Shown here piece after piece: positions 8,586-15,712 of a stretch of DNA of 64,000 nt. The stretch comes from Candidatus Omnitrophota bacterium. GTDB lineage: Bacteria > Omnitrophota > Gorgyraeia > Duberdicusellales > 4484-171. Positions within the stretch are counted from its first letter, which is position 1. The number at the start of each line of letters is the position of its first letter. Location: NCBI GenBank assembly GCA_041652815.1, contig JBAZGN010000001.1, positions 637,855 through 701,854 of the forward strand, read 5' to 3'. The notes below the pieces were generated by a model. The model saw only the letters and a program-made list of their open reading frames with translations, was not told where the DNA came from and ran no database searches. The translations under genes were made by a program, and so were the position numbers.

Positions 8586-8963
8586 CTACTGATTTTCTTT
8601 TGAATATTGTTCAATAGCTTCAAGAACCTTCTGTGCATCTGCTTTTCCGGCATCGCTTGTTCCAACGCGCACAGATATTTTTGATTCGTTATCGCTAATT
8701 CTAAAAATCTCTATATACATAGTTTTTTCATTCGTGTATTTTCCTTTTACTACTGCAATATCCGGTTTGACGATTGCTTCTTCGAACTCCAGATTTAAGG
8801 AAATCAACGTTTTTTTTACAATTTCCAATGCTTTCGCATAAGGAACATTAAAATCTTGCTTTGCTTTCTGAGTTTCTCTCATGCTTGCGGCAACAAAGAT
8901 ACAGCCGGAAAAACTGATGATTATAGTTCCAAGGATAAAATTTATTAATAATTTTTTTAACAT
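8586..8963 (-). CDS. Hypothetical lipoprotein.
   Basis: Signal peptide with a lipobox-like FSGC. Confidence 0.45.
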   Translation of the reverse strand: MLKKLLINFILGTIIISFSGCIFVAASMRETQKAKQDFNVPYAKALEIVKKTLISLNLEFEEAIVKPDIAVVKGKYTNEKTMYIEIFRISDNESKISVRVGTSDAGKADAQKVLEAIEQYSKENQ

Positions 8964-9024
8964 AATAATTTATTTGAATGGTATATACATAGATAATAAA
9001 TATAAGGCTAATGAACGCATATGA

Positions 9025-9070
9025 TTTTATCTGTGATCATCTGTGTCTGTCTATCTGTGATTATCTGTGT
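9025..9070. repeat. Family-1 ATCTGTG iterons upstream of the lipoprotein/rSAM/helicase operon.
   Basis: ttatctgtgatcatctgtgtctgtctatctgtgattatctgtg. Confidence 0.55.
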
Positions 9071-9084
9071 AAAAAATAAAAACA

Positions 9085-9264
9085 TGCCGGAGGAGGCTTG
9101 TCCGCCGAAGCCCTACCAGCTATAGCAGAGTGAAGGGCGTAGGCGGAGAGTTGTATGTAGTGTTTGCCGTAAGGCAAACTTTCTTTTCACTACATCCAAC
9201 ATTGCCCATCAAACAACCCTAAATTATTCATTGGCGCTGAAAATGTCACAAAAAATATGAAAAC
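9085..9264 (-). other. tRNA-linked structured module D, downstream of tRNA-Leu(CAA) on the minus strand. It ends in a copy of the tRNA 3' terminal 12 nt (CCTCCTCCGGCA).
   Basis: Minus-strand core GGATGTAGTG-AAAAGAAAG-GTTTGCC-TTAC-GGCAAAC-CACTACATAC-AACTCTCC. TGCCGGAGGAGG recurs at 9085-9096 and at the tRNA 3' end. Confidence 0.55.
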
Positions 9265-9348
9265 TGCCGGAGGAGGGAGTTGAACCCACACCTCCTTGCG
9301 GAGACGGGATTTTGAGTCCCGCGCGTCTGCCAGTTTCACCACTCCGGC
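9265..9348 (-). tRNA. tRNA-Leu (anticodon CAA), type II with a long variable arm; CCA not encoded.
   Basis: Acceptor GCCGGAG/CTCCGGC, anticodon loop CUCAAAA, variable arm TCTCCGCAAGGAGGTG, T-loop GGTTCAACTCC. Confidence 0.88.
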
Positions 9349-9715
9349 TTTGTTAGCTTTTCATCGAGAACATTGTTAGAAATATAACCTTTGTCTTTTT
9401 CCCATACAGCTTAATGGTGGAAACGACTTTTGGAGAAACTTGCTTCGCAAGGTCGTTTACACCACTCCGGCTTTGTTAGCTTTTCATCGAGAACATTGTT
9501 AGAAATATAACCTTTGTCTTTTTCCCATACAGTGTAATGGTGGAAACGACTTTTGGAGAAACTTGCTTCGCAAGGTCGTTTACACCACTCCGGCTTTGTT
9601 AGCTTTTCATCGAGAACATTGTTAGAAATATAACCTTTGTCTTTTTCCCATACAGTGTAATGGTGGAAACGACTTTTGGAGAAACTTGCTTCGCAAGGTC
9701 GTTTACACCACTCCG
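9346..9715. repeat. Perfect tandem array, 3 x 123 bp, abutting the 5' end of tRNA-Leu(CAA). Each unit starts (tRNA sense) with the tRNA's first 12 nt, GCCGGAGTGGTG.
   Basis: Unit starts at 9352, 9475 and 9598. The only internal difference is CAGCTTAATGG vs CAGTGTAATGG. Each unit holds the hairpin GGTGTAAACGAC...GTCGTTTCCACC enclosing CTTGC-GAA-GCAAG. Confidence 0.8.
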
Positions 9716-9829
9716 ACATAATGGCAGAGAACAAACTATTAAGTAGGGTAAAATCTTAACATTACAGGATTTCTTTGTCAACCCATTCGAATTCTTCAAA
9801 GTTGGCAAAGAGCGAAGCCGAATGCGTCA

Positions 9830-9866
9830 ATTGACAATTTCCCTCTAGAATGATATGATTTTTCAC
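9830..9866 (+). promoter_or_regulatory. Sigma70-like promoter for tRNA-Ala (TTGACA-N17-TATGAT).
   Basis: ttgacaatttccctctagaatgatatgat, about 20 nt upstream of the tRNA 5' end. Confidence 0.5.
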
Positions 9867-9886
9867 ATTGTCGTGACTTAATTTTA

Positions 9887-9959
9887 GGGGCCGTAGTACA
9901 GTTGGGAGTACGCTTGCATGGCATGCAAGAGGTCGGGGGTTCAAATCCCCCCGGCTCCA
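9887..9959 (+). tRNA. tRNA-Ala (anticodon GGC).
   Basis: G3:U70 Ala identity pair, anticodon loop AUGGCAU, T-loop GGTTCAAATCC; CCA not encoded. Confidence 0.88.
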
Positions 9960-9971
9960 TTTATATTATAG

Positions 9972-10030
9972 GTTACGAAAGTTACGAAGGTTACATCTAA
10001 AACATTTGGATTTATTGTAACCTTCGTAAC
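9972..10030. repeat. Family-5 palindromic element, GTTACGAAAGTTACGAAGGTTACA ... TGTAACCTTCGTAAC, immediately upstream of thyX.
   Basis: Copies of the same architecture at 30989-31047 and 63631-63694, each ending 15-40 nt before a start codon. Confidence 0.65.
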
Positions 10031-10047
10031 ATTAATAAGTAAGATTT

Positions 10048-11562
10048 ATGAAAGTATATTTAGCTGGTTTTAATGTAGATACGGCAGTTTTAAAAGAGTT
10101 AGAGCAAACTGCAGGTAAACGAGAAGACTTAACTCCAGAAGTGCTATCTGCCGCTTACGCCCGCATCAGCCGCGACCCGCGGCCGATAAATGAAATCAGG
10201 AATGAAGCCAAAAAGGAAGTAGAGCGCAGCCGTAAATCCAATGAAACCATTATTTTTAAAATGGGGCATCATTCTGTGGCAGAGCACGCGGTATTTAATT
10301 TCGATATTTTAGGAGTATCGCGTTTTGCGATGGAGGAAGCCGAGAAATTCAGGCTTTGCTCATATACTGAAAAATCACAGCGTTATATTACTCTTGATAA
10401 GGATTTTGTAATTCCGCAGGAAATAAAAGGCACTCCGCTAGAAGGCCGTTTTGTAAAAATGGTGCAACTCCAGAATGAAGCATATTTTAAGCTTTTTGAA
10501 AAATTAAAAGATTATGTATTTAAGAAACATGAGAAATTAGCAGCTGATCCTAAAAAGCATAATTTACTTGAAGGCTTCGCAAAAGAAGACGCACGTTATA
10601 TTACTTCGTTAGCAACCGAGTCTCAAGTGGGCGTAACCGTTAATGCGCGTATTCTGGAGCTTATGTTACGAAGATTTGCTTCGCACCCTTTGGCCGAAGT
10701 AAAAAAACTGGGTAAATCTATCTATGAACAGGTTAATCCTATTGCGCCTTCAATTGTAATTTTTCGCGAAGCAAATGACCGCGACTTAAAAACCTATCCT
10801 GAATTAAAAGAAACCCTCAAAGAGTTTATCAAAAAAACCAAAAAACCAGCCTCAAAGAAAGGCATAAAAGAAGTAGAATTGGTTGAGTTTCCCAAGGAAG
10901 GCGACAAATTGATTTTAGCGGCACTTTTGCATACTTTTGATAATTTGTCCTATGAACAGTGTAAAAGTATCGCCGCCAGGTTGAATAAAGAGCAGAGCAA
11001 AAAGATATTTAAAACTTCCTGGCAAAACATGCAATTTTACGATTCGATGTTACGTGAATTTGAATATGTAAACTTAACTTTTAATATTATTTTATCTGCA
11101 GCCTGCTTTGGCCAGTTGAAGCGCCACCGTATGAGTACAATTACAACCCAAGCCTACGACCCTAATTTAGGCATTACAATTCCAGAATCTATCAAAGAAA
11201 CAGGAATGGAAAAATATTTCAAAGAAATTGTGGATAAGACCAATGAGGTTTATGCTGCTATTAATAAAGAAACTCCATTAGCCGCGCCTTATATTTTAAC
11301 TAATGCTCACAGGCGGCGGGTTTTAATGCGTCTTAATCTTCGCGAACTCTATCATATATCCAGGCTTCGTGAAGATGCGCACGCGCAGTGGGATATCCAG
11401 AACATTTCACATTTGATGAGCAAGGAAGTAAAGAGAATAATGCCGCTTGCGAGCAGCTTGCTTTGCGGGAAAGACAAATACAACGAAACTTATCAAAATA
11501 TATTCGGGCATCTGCCTAAAGTAGTGCAAGCAAGCTTACCTGGCGCACGCAGAATAAAATGA
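10048..11562 (+). CDS. thyX: FAD-dependent thymidylate synthase ThyX, long (tandem-domain) form.
   Basis: First half carries SxxxSQRY (SYTEKSQRY) with no RHR. Second half carries RHR (LKRHRMST) with no SQRY. The two ThyX signature halves are split across a duplicated fold. Confidence 0.5.
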   Translation: MKVYLAGFNVDTAVLKELEQTAGKREDLTPEVLSAAYARISRDPRPINEIRNEAKKEVERSRKSNETIIFKMGHHSVAEHAVFNFDILGVSRFAMEEAEKFRLCSYTEKSQRYITLDKDFVIPQEIKGTPLEGRFVKMVQLQNEAYFKLFEKLKDYVFKKHEKLAADPKKHNLLEGFAKEDARYITSLATESQVGVTVNARILELMLRRFASHPLAEVKKLGKSIYEQVNPIAPSIVIFREANDRDLKTYPELKETLKEFIKKTKKPASKKGIKEVELVEFPKEGDKLILAALLHTFDNLSYEQCKSIAARLNKEQSKKIFKTSWQNMQFYDSMLREFEYVNLTFNIILSAACFGQLKRHRMSTITTQAYDPNLGITIPESIKETGMEKYFKEIVDKTNEVYAAINKETPLAAPYILTNAHRRRVLMRLNLRELYHISRLREDAHAQWDIQNISHLMSKEVKRIMPLASSLLCGKDKYNETYQNIFGHLPKVVQASLPGARRIK

Positions 11563-11574
11563 TTACAGCGATTA

Positions 11575-11747
11575 AAATCCTAAACTCTAAACTCGAAACC
11601 CTAAACAAACTCGAAACTCAAAGGTTACAAATCCAAAACGTTTTGATTTTTCCGCCAGAGGCGGATCCGCCCACATATAAAAAATTATCCGTGGCGGAAG
11701 ATTTTTGTGTTTGTGGTTTGTTTAGGATTTAGGGTTTAGAGTTTAAA
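11575..11747. repeat. Family-2 MITE-like element with terminal inverted repeats (CCTAAACTCTAAACTCGAAACCCTAAAC / GTTTAGGATTTAGGGTTTAGAGTTTAAA) and an internal GGATCC-centred palindromic module.
   Basis: Module TTCCGCCAGAGGCGGATCCGCCCACATATAAAAAATTATCCGTGGCGGAAG at 11650-11700. Second copy at 24293-24468. Confidence 0.6.
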
Positions 11748-11760
11748 TTTCAGTTCTTTT

Positions 11761-12615
11761 ATGCTAAAACTAGGTTGTCAGGTATCTATTGCCGGTAAAA
11801 TTTATGAAGCAGTTGAGCGGGCTACTCGCTTAGGCTGTAATACTATGCAGATTTTTGCCCGCAACCCCCGTCAGTGGCGAAAGTCTTGTCTTTCTGATGA
11901 AGATATAAAGATATTTAAAGAAAAAGTAAAAGCCGCAGGCATTAAACCAGTAGTTATACATATTCCTTATACGCTTAATCTGGCCGCTGCTAAAGAGAAT
12001 TTTCATAAAATAACAATAAGAGAATTTACGCAGGACCTTCTTGAGGCAGATAAATTGGGGGTAGAGTATCTGGTTACCCATATGGGTTCCTATAAAGGTT
12101 CTACTGAAGAAAAAGGGCTTTTAAAAATAGTAAAAGCGCTTAAAAAAATTTTAAATGCAGCAAAAGATGTAAAAACAATGTTGCTTTTGGAAAATACTTC
12201 GGGAAGCGGTAGCTGGCTCGGGTATAAATTTTCACATCATAGATTTATCCTTGAGGAGCTTAATTGGCCACAAAATCTCGGGCTTTGCCTTGATACCGCG
12301 CATTGTTTTGCGGCAGGTTACAGCATAGACAGCCAAAGTGGAGTAGATGCATTAATAGCTGAAATAGATGAACAGGTAGGCATTGAACGCTTAAAAGTTA
12401 TACACTTAAATGACACCCAGGAAAAACTTGGCTCGTTAAAAGACAGGCATTGCGATATTGGCCAAGGTAATATCGGAAAAAAAGGCTTCTGTTCTATTGT
12501 TAATTGCCCTGCGCTTTACGATTTACCTTTTATTTTGGAAACACCCAAGGATAGCGAGGAAGATGATTTAAGAAATATAGCTGTAGTGAAGGAGCTTTAC
12601 GATGGAATACACTAA
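11761..12615 (+). CDS. nfo: Endonuclease IV (AP endonuclease, xylose-isomerase-like TIM barrel).
   Basis: Collinear with E. coli Nfo: IHIPYTLNLA, LLENTSGSGS, CLDTAHCFAAGY, IHLNDTQE, ETP. Confidence 0.8.
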   Translation: MLKLGCQVSIAGKIYEAVERATRLGCNTMQIFARNPRQWRKSCLSDEDIKIFKEKVKAAGIKPVVIHIPYTLNLAAAKENFHKITIREFTQDLLEADKLGVEYLVTHMGSYKGSTEEKGLLKIVKALKKILNAAKDVKTMLLLENTSGSGSWLGYKFSHHRFILEELNWPQNLGLCLDTAHCFAAGYSIDSQSGVDALIAEIDEQVGIERLKVIHLNDTQEKLGSLKDRHCDIGQGNIGKKGFCSIVNCPALYDLPFILETPKDSEEDDLRNIAVVKELYDGIH

Positions 12616-15055
12616 AGAGATAGATAAAAAATGGCAACAGTTCTGGGATAGGGAAGGCATATTTAAGACAGATGCTAACGAAACAAAAAATAAATATTAT
12701 TGCCTGGTAATGTTTCCTTATCCATCAGCTGCTTTGCATGTGGGGCACGCCCGTAACTACATTATCGGCGATAGTGTCAGCCGTTATAAACGTATGAAAG
12801 GGTTTAATGTACTTTCGCCAATGGGTTTTGACGCTTTTGGACTGCCGGCGGAAAATGCCGCGATAAAAGGCGGAATTCATCCAAAAACTTCTACGTTAAA
12901 TAATATAGCAACAATGAAAAAGCAATTAGACAGCTGGGGTATAGGTTATGATTGGGAAAGAGAAGTAATCTCCTGCCTTCCGGAATATTATAAATGGACA
13001 CAGTGGATTTTTACGAAACTTTACGAAAAAGGATTAGCTTATAAGAAAAAAGCCGCGGTTAACTGGTGCCCATCGTGTATGACTGTTCTTGCCAACGAGC
13101 AGGTTGTAAATGGTGCCTGTGAACGTTGCGACACAAAGGTGCACGAACGAGATTTATCCCAATGGTTTTTAAAAATAACCGATTATGCCGAGCGCCTGCT
13201 GAAAGATATTTCTCTGCTCAACTGCTGGCCGGAACGCGTAAAAACCATGCAGATTAACTGGATAGGCAAAAGCACGGGAGTAAATATTGACTTTCGGCTG
13301 GATGGCGAAGATAAAATAATTAGCTGCTATACAACGCGCGTTGATACAATTTTCGGCGTAACCTATATGGTGCTTGCTCCCGAGCACCCATTAATTTCTG
13401 ATTTGATTAAAAATAATCCTGATAAACAGAAAATTTATGATTTTACAGAAAGAGTGCGCGTGCAGGACAAAGCTGACCGCGCTTCAGCTTCAATTGAAAA
13501 AGAGGGAATATCTACCGGCAGGTTTGTCGTAAATCCCGTGAATGGAAAACGTATACCTCTCTGGATAGCAAATTATGTTTTAATGGAGTATGGAACCGGC
13601 GCAGTAATGGCGGTACCGACACACGATAGCCGCGATTTTGAGTTTGCCAAAAAATACGGGCTCGGATTGGAAGTTGTCATAGACAATCCAAAAGAACATT
13701 TAAATGCAACCAAAATGAGTTGTGCCTATGTTGAGGACGGCATAATGGTTAACTCCGCACAATTTGACGGTTTATCTAACCGTGATGCCATGGAAAAAAT
13801 TGCCGATTGGATGGAAAGCAAAAAAATAGGCAAACGTTCAACGCATTTTCGGCTGCGTGACTGGCTTATTTCGCGCCAGCGTTACTGGGGCGCTCCAATC
13901 CCGGTTATTTATTGCGAAAAATGCGGAGAGGTAATCGTGCCTGAGAAAGATTTGCCGGTGCTGCTCCCCGAGAATGTCGCTTTTAAGCCAACCGGCCAAT
14001 CTCCGCTGGTTGATTGCAAGGAGTTTCTAAATACGACTTGCCCAAAATGCGGCGGCCCCGCCAAGCGCGAGACCGACACAATGGATACTTTTGTTGATTC
14101 AAGCTGGTATTTCTTGCGTTACATTTCGCCAAAAGAAAAAGACAAAGCATTCGATGCAAATTTAGTAAATAAGTGGCTTCCGGTTGACCAATATATCGGT
14201 GGCGTGGAACACGCGATACTTCATCTTTTATATTCAAGGTTTATCGTCAAAGTTTTATACGATTTAAAGTTTATTGATTTCAAAGAGCCGTTTAAATCGC
14301 TTTTTACCCAGGGCATGATTGTTAAAAACGGCGCAAAAATGTCAAAATCAAAAGGTAACACCGTAGCCCCCGACTATATTATTGAAAAATATGGCGCGGA
14401 TGTGATGAGGCTTTACATTCTTTTTATGGGGCCACCGGAAAAAGACGCGGAATGGCAGGACGAAGGCCTTCAGGGTGCCTGGCGTTTTATCCAAAGGGCG
14501 CTGCGCTTAGTCGATATGCTTAAAGATTACAGAGAGACGAAGGAAGAAGGGGAATTAAATAATTACGAAAAAGGCCTGCTTCGTAAAATCCACTCCAGCA
14601 TCAAAGAAGTGACCCAGGATTTGGAAGGCGATTTCCAGTTTAATACCGCCATCTCACGGATTATGGAGCTGGTCAATCAGACTTATAAAAGTATAAATGA
14701 AGGAGAACTACGCAAGGAAATTTTTAAACAGGCAATAGATACTATTTTCATTTTACTTTCGCCATTTACTCCGCATGTGAGCGAGGAAGTAAATAGTGTA
14801 CTTGGGTTTAAAGGCTCAATTCTTAAAAGAAACTGGCCGCAATTTAACGAAGAATATATAAAGACGGAAGAAATAGAAATTGCAATTTCCGTAAACGGAA
14901 AACTACGCGATAAATTAACCATTAACGTTAACTGGAGCAAAGAAGAAATAGAGAAAAAAGCGCTTTCTTTGGAAAAAATCGTAAACATCCTTGCCGGCAA
15001 GCCTCCCAAAAAAATCATCTACGTTGAGAAGCGGATGGTTAATATAGTTATCTGA
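12602..15055 (+). CDS. leuS: Leucyl-tRNA synthetase.
   Basis: HIGH-type HVGH, KMSKS, CP1 editing region; 817 aa; overlaps the nfo stop by 14 nt. Confidence 0.9.
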   Translation: MEYTKEIDKKWQQFWDREGIFKTDANETKNKYYCLVMFPYPSAALHVGHARNYIIGDSVSRYKRMKGFNVLSPMGFDAFGLPAENAAIKGGIHPKTSTLNNIATMKKQLDSWGIGYDWEREVISCLPEYYKWTQWIFTKLYEKGLAYKKKAAVNWCPSCMTVLANEQVVNGACERCDTKVHERDLSQWFLKITDYAERLLKDISLLNCWPERVKTMQINWIGKSTGVNIDFRLDGEDKIISCYTTRVDTIFGVTYMVLAPEHPLISDLIKNNPDKQKIYDFTERVRVQDKADRASASIEKEGISTGRFVVNPVNGKRIPLWIANYVLMEYGTGAVMAVPTHDSRDFEFAKKYGLGLEVVIDNPKEHLNATKMSCAYVEDGIMVNSAQFDGLSNRDAMEKIADWMESKKIGKRSTHFRLRDWLISRQRYWGAPIPVIYCEKCGEVIVPEKDLPVLLPENVAFKPTGQSPLVDCKEFLNTTCPKCGGPAKRETDTMDTFVDSSWYFLRYISPKEKDKAFDANLVNKWLPVDQYIGGVEHAILHLLYSRFIVKVLYDLKFIDFKEPFKSLFTQGMIVKNGAKMSKSKGNTVAPDYIIEKYGADVMRLYILFMGPPEKDAEWQDEGLQGAWRFIQRALRLVDMLKDYRETKEEGELNNYEKGLLRKIHSSIKEVTQDLEGDFQFNTAISRIMELVNQTYKSINEGELRKEIFKQAIDTIFILLSPFTPHVSEEVNSVLGFKGSILKRNWPQFNEEYIKTEEIEIAISVNGKLRDKLTINVNWSKEEIEKKALSLEKIVNILAGKPPKKIIYVEKRMVNIVI

Positions 15056-15067
15056 TATGTTAATTAG

Positions 15068-15182
15068 TATCAGGTAACACGCTGTACGTAACAAGTTTTA
15101 AAAAGGTGATACCTGTGACGTCCACTCCAAGTGGGCTCGCCTAAATATTTTTATATGGTGGCGAGGATACGTGTTACGTTTA
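15068..15182. repeat. Family-4 element of about 115-130 nt with the hairpins CCACTCCAAGTGG and CTCGCC-TAAATATTTTTATATGGT-GGCGAG.
   Basis: A near-identical 65-nt core recurs at 23098-23165. Flanking GGTAACACG/ CGTGTTAC partial inverted repeats. Confidence 0.6.
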
Positions 15183-15193
15183 ACTAAATAAAT

Positions 15194-15565
15194 ATGTTTT
15201 CCTTAACCCCCCGTGAACGCAAAGTCCTTGTTTTTTTAGGTATTTTGATTTTTTGCGGAGCAGTTTTGCGTTTTTTAAACGTAAAAATAAATGAGCAGTC
15301 GAATAATCCTTCTGCAATATCGACTGCTCATCCTGAAGCCCAGAGGGCTGAAGGATCTAAAGCCTTTCCGATAAACATCAATACCGCAAATTTAACAGAT
15401 TTGGAAAAAATACCCGGCATAGGGCCAGCAATTGCAAACCGCATAATTGAATACCGTAAAACCTATGGAAATTTTTCTTCTCTTGATGATTTAAGGAAAG
15501 TTAAAGGAATAGGGGACAAGAAGCTTAAGATGATGAAGAATTGCATAGTATTAGATAATAAATAA
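15194..15565 (+). CDS. comEA: Competence protein ComEA (helix-hairpin-helix DNA binding).
   Basis: N-terminal TM segment, then tandem HhH (LEKIPGIGPAIANRIIEYR ... LRKVKGIGDKKL). Confidence 0.7.
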   Translation: MFSLTPRERKVLVFLGILIFCGAVLRFLNVKINEQSNNPSAISTAHPEAQRAEGSKAFPININTANLTDLEKIPGIGPAIANRIIEYRKTYGNFSSLDDLRKVKGIGDKKLKMMKNCIVLDNK

Positions 15566-15712
15566 CCAAGCTCCAATTTCCAATAACCAAATAATGACCA
15601 AGAACCAAATTCCAATAGCCAAAGAAGAAATCAACAGAATTGTTTGATGATTGGTTATTGGGTATTGGAATTTGCTTGGAGCTTGTATCTTGGTTATTGG
15701 TTATTTTATGTT
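15566..15712. repeat. Family-8 palindrome (CCAAGCTCCAATTTCCAATAACCAA ... TTGGTTATTGGGTATTGGAATTTGCTTGGAGCTTG) between comEA and comEC.
   Basis: Arms of about 35 nt with an approx. 50-nt spacer; the right arm overlaps the annotated comEC start. Confidence 0.5.

Noticed and set aside
9346-9715. Possible CRISPR array, given the regular 123-bp periodicity.
   Set aside because: Whole units are identical, including what would be the spacers. There is no repeat/variable-spacer alternation and no cas genes.
9411-9734. A 107-aa minus-strand ORF with an internally repeated 41-aa sequence (EWCKRPCEASFSKSRFHH ...).
   Set aside because: It is a translation artefact of the 3 x 123 bp tandem DNA repeat. 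It has no RBS context and overlaps the tRNA-Leu upstream region.
9599-9944. Two small minus-strand ORFs (69 and 60 aa) listed in the ORF track.
   Set aside because: They overlap the tandem repeat, the tRNA-Ala gene and its promoter. They are low-complexity and have no RBS.
9972-10030. Calling the family-5 palindrome a canonical LexA/SOS box.
   Set aside because: It matches none of the known LexA consensus classes. The damage-regulon idea is kept only as a hypothesis.
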